IMG/VR virus record: IMGVR_UViG_3300017779_000100
Coordinates: 1-29,190 of that record
Source: a virus
Taxonomy: Duplodnaviria; Caudoviricetes
Length of the DNA stretch: 29,190 nt
Strand: one strand, 5' to 3'
The position numbers were made by a program, and so were the translations under genes. Under the pieces are notes generated by a model. That model worked only from the letters and a program-made list of their open reading frames with translations, was not told the origin of the DNA and did not search any database. Every line of letters begins with the position of its first letter. Within the stretch, counting starts at the first letter, position 1. Shown one piece after another: positions 16,932 to 24,744 of this stretch.

Positions 16932-18158
16932 TTAACTTCTCCCTGGTTTATCCCATCCTTTTAATATGCTGGGTGAAAAGTTAGCGAATGAGAACTCCAT
17001 CCTGTCAACTATTTTCACCGCGTCACCACCAAGTCTATCTATTGCTACGTAACCTTCTTGTCCTGTAGAACGATATCCTCTATTTGTCTTTAAAAACGTT
17101 TTAGTTTTATTTAGTTTATCAAGTATATTTATAAGTTTTAGTTTCGCTAGAACGATCATTTTTTGCAAATCGAACATCTTTTTTAGACTTTGTTTGTTCT
17201 TGGCTGAAAAAAACTTAAGTACTGTATCTAATTTTGCTTGTTGTGCAGCCTTGCCTGGCGCTGACGTTCTCTTATCTATTTCTTTTTTGTACTTTTGTCG
17301 GATATAATTGATGAGATTACCGACGTGACGATTCGTATCTTGAACAACTTCACCTTTACGTACAAGGGAATTATTGAATGTTTCAATAGTCTGAGCAAGA
17401 GTTTGGTTAGACTCCAAAGTTTTAAGGGTAGTAGAACTAATTTGATTGAATAATTTGCCAGCTTGGCTAAGATATCCATTGACTTCCTCCGTATCTTTTT
17501 TTGACATGGTAAATCTTGTCATATCTCTTAACATTGCATCTTGCGACCATACGTTTTTACTAGTTTTAAGACTTGATACATTAACACCATAAGATGCTTT
17601 CATAGTTTCAAATGATTTACCAACATAAGTTGTGTGCCATACTATACCAATCTTTGATTGTAATATCCTCTTCGCAGCTTCTGTCCCTGCAGGAATAGCA
17701 TATACAATCGTATTAGGGTGAAAGGTGACGTATGATTTGCCTTTGATCTTCTTTGTTTTAATGTCAGAACTAGAATATAAGAAGTCACCTTGTATGACAC
17801 CTTTTATCCCGAGTTCTGGTAGATATTTTAAAGCGTCCTTGAGCTTATCAGCGAGATCGCCAGAAGTATCATTATCCACATCCACATCACTTTTATATAC
17901 CTTCGGTGAGACATTGAATATGCCCTTTTTGGCAACAAAAAATCTACCATCACGAGGATCTGTACCTGCAAACACAGCAGGAGCTCCATCCCACTTAACT
18001 GAAACTGATCCATCATGCTCGCCACCGAGTGTATCTCTGAGAGATCTCAAAGCAAGTATTGCTTCTCTTGTTCCTTTGACACCACCATATAGAACCTTGT
18101 CCTCGATATGTGTCATATGAGTATTTTTTTGTTCTGTTATAAATTCTGTGAACCTCAT
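16932..18158 (-). CDS. DUF6267-like protein with ATP-dependent ligase-type nucleotidyltransferase motifs
   Basis: SVKWDG (motif I), VIQGDF (III), QEGYV (IV), VKIVDR (V); N-terminal MRFTEFITE. Confidence 0.75.
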   Translation of the reverse strand: MRFTEFITEQKNTHMTHIEDKVLYGGVKGTREAILALRSLRDTLGGEHDGSVSVKWDGAPAVFAGTDPRDGRFFVAKKGIFNVSPKVYKSDVDVDNDTSGDLADKLKDALKYLPELGIKGVIQGDFLYSSSDIKTKKIKGKSYVTFHPNTIVYAIPAGTEAAKRILQSKIGIVWHTTYVGKSFETMKASYGVNVSSLKTSKNVWSQDAMLRDMTRFTMSKKDTEEVNGYLSQAGKLFNQISSTTLKTLESNQTLAQTIETFNNSLVRKGEVVQDTNRHVGNLINYIRQKYKKEIDKRTSAPGKAAQQAKLDTVLKFFSAKNKQSLKKMFDLQKMIVLAKLKLINILDKLNKTKTFLKTNRGYRSTGQEGYVAIDRLGGDAVKIVDRMEFSFANFSPSILKGWDKPGRS

Positions 18159-19261
18159 TGTTTTGCTCTCTTGGCCATTTCTTTTGACCTTATTTGTTGT
18201 TTACCTTTTTCAAATTTACTTACAACTCCCGTCTTACCCATAACTTTAGCTCTTTGTTGGCCAACATTTAGAATTTGTATCTTACGAGCAAACGGCTTAC
18301 TAACCTTCTTAACCTTCGCCACAGTTCTTTCGGCATCAGCCACAGTGGTAAATCTAATAGGGACTGTATCTTTGGGATTTTCATCCGTGTATAACCTCCT
18401 GTCTGAACCTTTCGGTTTTTTACCTGTTCCAACTTTTGGATCGTTACCTTCTACAACTTTTAAATGGTTGTGAAAAGCTTTTCTTGATTTTTCATTATCA
18501 TGCGTAACATAAGCATCAACCGCATTATCTTTCTTTTTAACATGTTTATACGTATTACCATCTTTTTTATGGACAAGAGATTTGACTTTAGAAGCTTGAT
18601 CTGACGTCAAACGTACTTTTGATCTTGTTTTTTCTAAAGGCTCAAATTTATTGCCACGTATACTTCCGTGTGTATATTCTTGATGCGTTTGATGAGTAAC
18701 ATCATGCTTACCTACTAAGTTAATCTGATTATGGCCTTTTGGTACTTGGTGTTTTGGTTTTTCTGGTTTTGGTTTCTTTTCTCTTTTGCCAACATCAGTT
18801 TTTGTCAAATGTGTAGTATTTTTTCTGTGAAATATAACTGTCGAATCATGATCTTTCTGAGTATCATGCGAATCATAATCTGGATGTGTATGACCAACAT
18901 AACCAGCCTTTTTAAGAGTTAAAGTTGCTGGATGATTCTGAACTTCTTTATGAGTTGGATTTGAAATAAGATCAACGTGATAATTTCCCATATGATGACC
19001 ATGTTTTTTAAATAAAGCTTTCACTTTTTTGTCTTCGTGATGAGCAATCTTGCCTTTGACTCTAACTTTATATGTGTGGGCTTTACCGAAATTATCTTTT
19101 TGTATGTTATGCCAACCTTTTGCTTGATGCGCATTATGGGATAACCACATGGCATGGTCTGCACTTCTACTTTTACCAGAGTTGTGTTTATCAGTGTTGA
19201 TATTTAAATGACTAGAATGATGATAGTCATTTTCACTAATAAACGTTTTAAATCTAAACAT
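18155..19261 (-). CDS. His-rich protein with N-terminal ADP-ribosyltransferase-like domain and distinct C-terminal domain
   Basis: Likely start MFRFKTFISE (19261; track extends to 19270); YHHS...MWLS...AKGW...YKVRV...LKKAGYVG...STVIF follows the ART-PolyVal-type layout. Confidence 0.6.
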   Translation of the reverse strand: MFRFKTFISENDYHHSSHLNINTDKHNSGKSRSADHAMWLSHNAHQAKGWHNIQKDNFGKAHTYKVRVKGKIAHHEDKKVKALFKKHGHHMGNYHVDLISNPTHKEVQNHPATLTLKKAGYVGHTHPDYDSHDTQKDHDSTVIFHRKNTTHLTKTDVGKREKKPKPEKPKHQVPKGHNQINLVGKHDVTHQTHQEYTHGSIRGNKFEPLEKTRSKVRLTSDQASKVKSLVHKKDGNTYKHVKKKDNAVDAYVTHDNEKSRKAFHNHLKVVEGNDPKVGTGKKPKGSDRRLYTDENPKDTVPIRFTTVADAERTVAKVKKVSKPFARKIQILNVGQQRAKVMGKTGVVSKFEKGKQQIRSKEMAKRAKQ

Positions 19262-19262
19262 A

Positions 19263-19487
19263 TTAACCACCGAACTCGTGCCCCGCTACTCTTTTCATCT
19301 GCTTATTAAATTCACTTTGAGAAGGTTTTTCTTTATAAAGTCTTATTGATATTTCTGGTCTTTTTTTACCCTTGATTCTCCAATTATAACCTTTTTCTTT
19401 ATGTTCGGGATCAGTAGCCTTAACCACTCTTCTTTTGTAGCCAGCTTCCCATGATTCTGCTTCTTCTATAAATTGTTTAAATCTCAT
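19263..19487 (-). CDS. Small protein with capsid-targeting-like start
   Basis: MRFKQFIEE; ATGA-coupled to upstream gene. Confidence 0.75.
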   Translation of the reverse strand: MRFKQFIEEAESWEAGYKRRVVKATDPEHKEKGYNWRIKGKKRPEISIRLYKEKPSQSEFNKQMKRVAGHEFGG

Positions 19488-20890
19488 GACTCTTCTGCCT
19501 TTACATATACTGATGCGTCACTCGTTTTTGCAGCAGCTAAGTTAATAATACTTGATGCAAAATCATTGCGTTGACCTATAGTTGATTTCATTAATGCGTT
19601 ACCTATTTCTGCAGCTGCTAGGTTTATATGCATTCTATCAGCCGTAGCAGTAACTACACCATCGTCAAATTCTTTTCTCGATATCCTTGAATCTGCCTTT
19701 TGCACCATGCTGTAAAACTTATTCTGTAAATTTTTAGATCTTTTACCTTTTACTTCTTTTACTAATGCCATGGCTTGTTGTTTAAGATTCATATTATTTG
19801 GAAGTACTTTATTCAAGAACTTCTTCGCAGCATACTGAATTGCTTGATACCCAGCTCGCCCTCCCCGTGCTCCCTTCCCAAGTATCTCAAAATTTGGTGT
19901 AGCAAAGTTTGTTGATGACCTTACGTCTGCTTTCTTCGTCTTATCAAACATAAAGACACCACCTTTACCAGACCAGAACGTCGCTCGAGCTTGATCCTTC
20001 TTAAGCTTGTAACCTGAAAATATAACCTTGTCAGGTTTTACTTGTTCCTTATTGTACACTGTATCTTTTACAGTTTTCTTTAATGATCCTACTATCTTTA
20101 ATGATATTCCAACAATATCTCTTGACTCGAAATGTTTAACTAATCCTTGATTTAACGATGCTACAGAACTCGCATCGAGTGTATTATTAATATTTAACCC
20201 ACGCTTTACAGCCCAAATATCTCCTGGATTCCATTTATCATCGTTAAGTGCAGGCCTATTTTCATTTTTAAACGCCATTCTTTTCTTAGCATATATTTGT
20301 TTCATGACTGCTGATCCACGATGCATCATGTGGGTTTTCTTAACATAGCCTTTCTTAATAAGGTATTTTCCAGTTGAGTAACCAGAATAATGCCATTGAT
20401 CTGCAGCTTGTAGCATCTCATCTATCTTTGCATCAACATCTATACTATTTTCGTATTTTGATAACACTGCTGGTGTAAAGTGCTCAAATGGTTGATTAGT
20501 ACCTTCACCAAATAATGCAGCTATGTACAAACATTGTAATGATTCTCCTTTACGAGTATCACCAGTCGCTCCACCTCCAGCTCCTTTTCCACCAAAAACT
20601 GCAGTCTTTCCAATCATATTAGAATCTATTGTACCATCTTTTGTTTTCAACGTAAACTTCTTAACAGTACCAGAAGCGCCTGCATTAATATAATCTTGTA
20701 TTGTCTTTATGTTTTCAGGGTTATTTAAAATAGTTACGTCTGTTCCATCTTTCTTTGTGATGGCATCACCAGACTTAACAAGATCTAAAAGCTTCTTGAT
20801 CCTGTCGTCTCCATACTTCCACCATTCACCATGACTAAGTCCTGTAAATGTGGCTTCAGAGAGATAGAAATATGATTTAAACTTGCGCAT
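19484..20890 (-). CDS. PD-(D/E)xK-like (restriction endonuclease fold) protein with capsid-targeting-like start
   Basis: GESLQC helix, KWNPGDIW and GISLK motifs; N-terminus MRKFKSYFYLSE; first gene after late promoter. Confidence 0.65.
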   Translation of the reverse strand: MRKFKSYFYLSEATFTGLSHGEWWKYGDDRIKKLLDLVKSGDAITKKDGTDVTILNNPENIKTIQDYINAGASGTVKKFTLKTKDGTIDSNMIGKTAVFGGKGAGGGATGDTRKGESLQCLYIAALFGEGTNQPFEHFTPAVLSKYENSIDVDAKIDEMLQAADQWHYSGYSTGKYLIKKGYVKKTHMMHRGSAVMKQIYAKKRMAFKNENRPALNDDKWNPGDIWAVKRGLNINNTLDASSVASLNQGLVKHFESRDIVGISLKIVGSLKKTVKDTVYNKEQVKPDKVIFSGYKLKKDQARATFWSGKGGVFMFDKTKKADVRSSTNFATPNFEILGKGARGGRAGYQAIQYAAKKFLNKVLPNNMNLKQQAMALVKEVKGKRSKNLQNKFYSMVQKADSRISRKEFDDGVVTATADRMHINLAAAEIGNALMKSTIGQRNDFASSIINLAAAKTSDASVYVKAEES

Positions 20891-20895
20891 AGATC

Positions 20896-20903
20896 TATTT
20901 ATA
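20896..20903 (-). promoter_or_regulatory. T4-type late promoter TATAAATA
   Basis: Exact consensus 5 nt before ATG of 19484..20890, immediately downstream of a terminator. Confidence 0.85.
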
Positions 20904-20916
20904 ATATTTTGGAAAT

Positions 20917-20948
20917 AAAAAAAGGGTTAATTTCTTAACCCTTTTTTT
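20917..20948. terminator. Intrinsic terminator, potentially bidirectional
   Basis: Minus strand AAAAAAAGGGTTAA-GAAA-TTAACCCTTTTTTT; perfect inverted repeat with U-tracts on both strands. Confidence 0.88.
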
Positions 20949-21105
20949 CTTCTTTCTTTCTCTGATTATTATACCAGAGTCTGACTGAATGTTGTCGCCG
21001 TTTTTCTTGTTCTATGGGGTGATATGCCTCATAAACACGTTGCCAATTTTTAATCTTATATTGTTTGGCCCATTCGGCGTAACTTTCGTCATTATGCTTT
21101 TTCAT
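20935..21105 (-). CDS. Small hypothetical protein (56 aa)
   Basis: Hand-translated MKKHNDESYAEWAKQYKIKNWQRVYEAYHP...KEEKKG; stop lies in the terminator stem. Confidence 0.55.
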   Translation of the reverse strand: MKKHNDESYAEWAKQYKIKNWQRVYEAYHPIEQEKRRQHSVRLWYNNQRKKEEKKG

Positions 21106-21108
21106 TTA

Positions 21109-21237
21109 TCACCCGCAATACGTTTTAAGCGCATGAATAAAAATAGTCATAGACATTCCTAAAGTTGCACCTAAAGCCATGTATATTATAACTTCGTAGT
21201 TTGTTAAACTATCATATTTTTTTGTATCATCATTCAT
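21109..21237 (-). CDS. Small membrane peptide (42 aa)
   Basis: Hand-translated MNDDTKKYDSLTNYEVIIYMALGATLGMSMTIFIHALKTYCG; ATGA overlap with upstream gene. Confidence 0.55.
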   Translation of the reverse strand: MNDDTKKYDSLTNYEVIIYMALGATLGMSMTIFIHALKTYCG

Positions 21238-21440
21238 CTAAGTTTCTCCATTAATTCTTTAGATTGTTCAGGGTTTTCAATTAGTTGCTGCTTTGCAGCC
21301 TGCAAGCGCTCGAGTCTTTTCTTGGTGGATCTATCAGTAGAACCTTTTTTCTGCCAATACTCGATTTCCTTGTCTATGGCGCCGAGGCCGAGGGACATTG
21401 TTAGTAAGTCCCTCTCGACACTGCGCATGATCTTGTTCAT
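21234..21440 (-). CDS. Hypothetical helical protein
   Basis: ATGA-coupled to DUF932 gene with SD GGAGG. Confidence 0.7.
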   Translation of the reverse strand: MNKIMRSVERDLLTMSLGLGAIDKEIEYWQKKGSTDRSTKKRLERLQAAKQQLIENPEQSKELMEKLR

Positions 21441-22393
21441 GCTGCCTCCGCGAATTCGATCGCAGTTTTAAGTGCGTCTCTTTTACGTAGTTGATTCCAA
21501 CCGTACCATGAAGAGTAAAGTCTATTGTCTTCACTTTTTCCTTGTAGGTGATCAGTGGAATATGTAACCGCGTTAAAAGCTTGCCACCATGAACCAGTAG
21601 CGAATTCAGCCCCAGGTTGATCGTCCATCACATCGTAGCAAAGCTTTGCATTTCGAGATAAAGTGTCAACAGATAACGCTTTACCTTGTACTCTTTTATC
21701 AGTAGTACGTGGAAATACAGTGTTAAAATATTCGATGAGAGCTTCACCGCTGTATCTTTTCTTACCAAGAAATTCGGCCATTTCTTTATAAGAGTTAAGT
21801 TTTTCAGACGCAATGCCTAAAGCTTCTTTCACTTTATCAGCATCAAATTCTGATCTATGACCGATTTTAACTGATTTATCAGCTTGCATATCAAGCGATA
21901 ATGAAAGAGTGTTATTGCAAACCACCCTGATAGGTGTGAATCGAATATCGATTGATCTACCATATTGGTGAGGGTTTGAGAAAAGAAGATATGATTCAAC
22001 TGTATCTCCTTTAAAAAGATCGAATGATTCTTTGACTTTTGCTAAAGCCCAAACCATTTGTCCACCTTTCAGCGAACCAGCTGTATTCATCTCCATATCA
22101 CCAGAGATAACATACTCGCCGAAGAAGTTAAACGCTTCTTCGTTTTGTACTGGCTTCCAATCTTTACCGACATTGGTAAGAATTTTTCCGTCAGTATCTC
22201 TTACTAGAGATTTATTTCCAGTAGGTATTTTTCTACCGCCAAACTCAACGAAGGACTCAACTTCCTCGACTCTCCAGTCAAGGCCAGCTTTTTCCATCAT
22301 CATTGTCGGTGATAGATCGTTGCTTACAGGAACTCCAAGGCCGTGCCATGGGACTTGACCTGCGTATGCCATTGTTTCAACTTGATGTGCCAT
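21437..22393 (-). CDS. DUF932 family protein (phage/plasmid-like, TIGR03299 type)
   Basis: MAHQVETMAYAGQVPWHGLG, TAGSLKGG, TPIRVVCNNTL, WQAFNAVT..DH. Confidence 0.9.
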   Translation of the reverse strand: MAHQVETMAYAGQVPWHGLGVPVSNDLSPTMMMEKAGLDWRVEEVESFVEFGGRKIPTGNKSLVRDTDGKILTNVGKDWKPVQNEEAFNFFGEYVISGDMEMNTAGSLKGGQMVWALAKVKESFDLFKGDTVESYLLFSNPHQYGRSIDIRFTPIRVVCNNTLSLSLDMQADKSVKIGHRSEFDADKVKEALGIASEKLNSYKEMAEFLGKKRYSGEALIEYFNTVFPRTTDKRVQGKALSVDTLSRNAKLCYDVMDDQPGAEFATGSWWQAFNAVTYSTDHLQGKSEDNRLYSSWYGWNQLRKRDALKTAIEFAEAA

Positions 22394-22429
22394 AATATAT
22401 TTTCCTATTTAGTTATTATCAATGGGTCC

Positions 22430-22458
22430 ATTATACCTTATTTATTTACGTTTGTACA
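22430..22458 (-). promoter_or_regulatory. Early promoter TGTACA-N17-TATAAT with upstream A-tract
   Basis: -10 at 22430-22435, -35 at 22453-22458, preceded by GTGAAAAAAAGCA shared with the copy at 27307-27349. Confidence 0.85.
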
Positions 22459-22486
22459 TGCTTTTTTTCACTTTAAATGAAAAAAA

Positions 22487-22858
22487 TTACCAGTCTCTTA
22501 GCCGTGTAATATTAGTTGTTTTTGTACCTGCGGTCCTTCGTACGATATCATTGTGATTAAATTCAGCCCAATATAACTCAAAGGCAATTCCGTCTTCTAA
22601 TCCTTCGAATTGATGTATCTTTCCAGGCTTTACTTGTGTAAAATCGCCTTGTTTTAATATGGTCTCATCAACCAGACCTTGATCTTCTTGCCATACTCGT
22701 ACGAGCATTTCTCCAGATTCTACAAAAAAACCATTCCATTTAAATTGATGTTGATGTTCAGAGCATTTGTAACCAGCTTTAAATTCTATCCTATGAAACT
22801 CTAATACACCATTTGCATGTATTAGTTCTGTGTTTCCCCATATCTTTCCAGCTTTCAT
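22487..22858 (-). CDS. Cupin domain protein
   Basis: CSEHQH...FFVESG and VKPGKIHQF cupin motifs. Confidence 0.85.
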   Translation of the reverse strand: MKAGKIWGNTELIHANGVLEFHRIEFKAGYKCSEHQHQFKWNGFFVESGEMLVRVWQEDQGLVDETILKQGDFTQVKPGKIHQFEGLEDGIAFELYWAEFNHNDIVRRTAGTKTTNITRLRDW

Positions 22859-23106
22859 TCTTTTATCATTTCCTCATAACTAATACTACCCCAGTCCAAA
22901 TTATAATGTTCTGGATATTTTCCATCTTTTTCAAACTGTGTTAATAGTTTATTTAGTTCTATTGTTTCAGGATGTTCCCAAGACCTGAGTTTTTTAAGAA
23001 TAACGTTATCAGGATCTTTCTCTAATAATTGACATGCAGTCCAATGCATGATAAGTTGTCTTAAAGGTGTGTTTATTGCTCCAGCCATTATGATGGGTGC
23101 TTCCAA
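22855..23106 (-). CDS. Hypothetical protein
   Basis: ORF in tightly packed operon. Confidence 0.65.
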   Translation of the reverse strand: MEAPIIMAGAINTPLRQLIMHWTACQLLEKDPDNVILKKLRSWEHPETIELNKLLTQFEKDGKYPEHYNLDWGSISYEEMIKE

Positions 23107-23288
23107 TGAGCTTCTTCCAATACTTCAATAGTATGTCTTAACTCTTTAATCTCATCATTAAGTAACCTAATATAACCTAATAATTTTTCCATCTCTAACC
23201 TAATCGAAAGTCCGCTGCTCCCAATAAATCCTTCTCTCTTTCTATCGAAAAAATCTAGGTCTTCAATCTCGTCTTTTTTCATCATCAA
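23088..23288 (-). CDS. Hypothetical protein
   Basis: SD AGGAG; coiled-coil C-terminus. Confidence 0.65.
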   Translation of the reverse strand: MMMKKDEIEDLDFFDRKREGFIGSSGLSIRLEMEKLLGYIRLLNDEIKELRHTIEVLEEAHWKHPS

Positions 23289-23454
23289 CTCCTATTTTAT
23301 CTATCACTTCTAAAACGTAATTAAGTTCTTCTATTAGTTTCCAGAACCACATTCGATCCATCTTATCTTTTGACTTGGATCTTTCTTCTTTCAACTGTTC
23401 GATCCTCATTAAGATATAATCCTTTGGATCTATTTTTCTTTTACCTCTTCTCAT
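23263..23454 (-). CDS. Hypothetical protein
   Basis: SD GAGG; first gene after promoter and structured leader. Confidence 0.7.
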   Translation of the reverse strand: MRRGKRKIDPKDYILMRIEQLKEERSKSKDKMDRMWFWKLIEELNYVLEVIDKIGVDDEKRRD

Positions 23455-23462
23455 AATAACCT

Positions 23463-23500
23463 CAAGTGCCAGATTCTGTTCCCAAGCTCTGGCGGGCTCG
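23463..23500 (-). other. Structured 5' leader hairpin (candidate cis-regulatory RNA)
   Basis: CGAG-CCC-GCCAGA-GC-TTG-GGAA-CAG-AA-TCTGGC-A-CTTG; GC-rich in an AT-rich genome; between promoter and SD. Confidence 0.55.
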
Positions 23501-23510
23501 GTACATTTAT

Positions 23511-23539
23511 ATTATACCAAATTTTGGATTAAATGTAAA
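23511..23539 (-). promoter_or_regulatory. Early promoter (G)TTTACA-N17-TATAAT with extended -10 TG
   Basis: Same layout as 5540-5568, including shared CAAAATTTGGTATAATATA. Confidence 0.8.
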
Positions 23540-23542
23540 CCT

Positions 23543-24577
23543 TTAATTTGGTACTTGTGCATTAATACCTTCAAGATACTTATTCATTCCAAGAAGTTCA
23601 CCTGTAGTAAATTTTCCTCCGAAGGGATCGAAGTTGCCTGATCTTATGGCATCTTCGAGATTCAATGCTATTTGCTTCACGTTATCTGGAATGTTATTAT
23701 ACGGTGCCATCTCAACCATTCCAGTATCCATTCCGCCCCATGTGTCTTTTGATTCCCATGTACCGTCAATGACAGCCATTACTCTTTCGACATAGTAAGG
23801 TCCCCACTGATCAATAATCGCAGTCATTTGAGAATCAGGCGCAAAATGATGCATATCAGAAGCTTGACCAAAAGCTAATACACCTTTATTTTGTGCTATT
23901 TGCAATGGTGCAGTTGAATCGGTATGTTGTGTTATGATATCAGCACCTTGACTAATTAACACAGAAGCTGCATCACCTTCCTTTGCAGGATCATACCAAG
24001 TATTAACCCAAACAATATCGAGATCAAAGTCAGGATTTATAGATGTCGCACCAAGATAGAATGCATTAATTCCTCTTACAACTTCTGGAATTGGAAAAGA
24101 AGCAATGTAACCTGCTTTTCCTTCTTTACTCATCATTCCTGCTATAACGCCTTGAATATATCTTCCTTCGTAAAACTTCGAAGAATACACCGCCATGTTT
24201 GGTGCTGTTTTATATCCAGTTGCATGTTCAAACTTTACATCTGGAAATTTCTTTGCAACGTTTAGCATTTGTTCCATATATCCAAATGATGTGGCAAAAA
24301 TAATGTCAACACCTTGTAAAGCCATTTGTGTTATGACTCTTTCAGCATCTGCGCCTTCAGGCACATTTTCAACATAAGTGGTTTCAACTAGATTGCCTAA
24401 TTCTTCTTCCACTATTTGTCTTCCTTGGTCATGCATATATGTCCAGCCATGATCGCCAACTGGTCCTACATATATGAATCCAACTTTGACTTTATCATCA
24501 CCTGCAAATATTGGCGAGACAAAAACCGAGACCATCATCAATACAACTATTGATGACAACTTAAAAAATAATTTCAT
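23543..24577 (-). CDS. BMP family ABC transporter substrate-binding protein (purine/nucleoside-binding)
   Basis: Signal peptide; KVGFIYVGPVGDHGW, IIFATSFGY, FEHATGYK, FPIPEVVRGINAF, WYDPAKE, QHTDS. Confidence 0.93.
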   Translation of the reverse strand: MKLFFKLSSIVVLMMVSVFVSPIFAGDDKVKVGFIYVGPVGDHGWTYMHDQGRQIVEEELGNLVETTYVENVPEGADAERVITQMALQGVDIIFATSFGYMEQMLNVAKKFPDVKFEHATGYKTAPNMAVYSSKFYEGRYIQGVIAGMMSKEGKAGYIASFPIPEVVRGINAFYLGATSINPDFDLDIVWVNTWYDPAKEGDAASVLISQGADIITQHTDSTAPLQIAQNKGVLAFGQASDMHHFAPDSQMTAIIDQWGPYYVERVMAVIDGTWESKDTWGGMDTGMVEMAPYNNIPDNVKQIALNLEDAIRSGNFDPFGGKFTTGELLGMNKYLEGINAQVPN

Positions 24578-24581
24578 GATT

Positions 24582-24627
24582 GTCCTTTCGAGGGGGGTAT
24601 GGCAGGATCGTAAGGAGATACTCTGCC
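24582..24627 (-). other. Candidate riboswitch-like leader upstream of BMP gene
   Basis: GGCAG...CTGCC stem with TCCTT in the loop complementary to the downstream SD AAGGA. Confidence 0.4.
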
Positions 24628-24672
24628 TTGGGGTTTAAAATAATATATATACATCTGTTATACTCTATTTTT

Positions 24673-24680
24673 TATAAATA
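24673..24680 (+). promoter_or_regulatory. T4-type late promoter TATAAATA
   Basis: Exact consensus 64 nt upstream of the plus-strand three-gene unit. Confidence 0.65.
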
Positions 24681-24744
24681 GTATAAATTATTCTTTATCA
24701 TATATTTCCTGAGTTGACATTTTAACTAGTAGAAAGGCAAATAT

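Noticed and set aside
6524-17133. Internal TATAAATA matches at 6524-6531, 10299-10306 and 17126-17133 (minus strand)
   Set aside because: Inside coding sequence, 150-200 nt from the next start; may be real internal late promoters but chance matches are expected at this AT content, so not listed as features
503-21813. Same-strand nested alternate-frame ORFs (503..754, 3902..4147, 9363..9590, 17276..17479, 17828..18025, 21334..21534, 21628..21813)
   Set aside because: Short, overlapping conserved genes, no lipobox or other signal, unlike the o-spanin overlap
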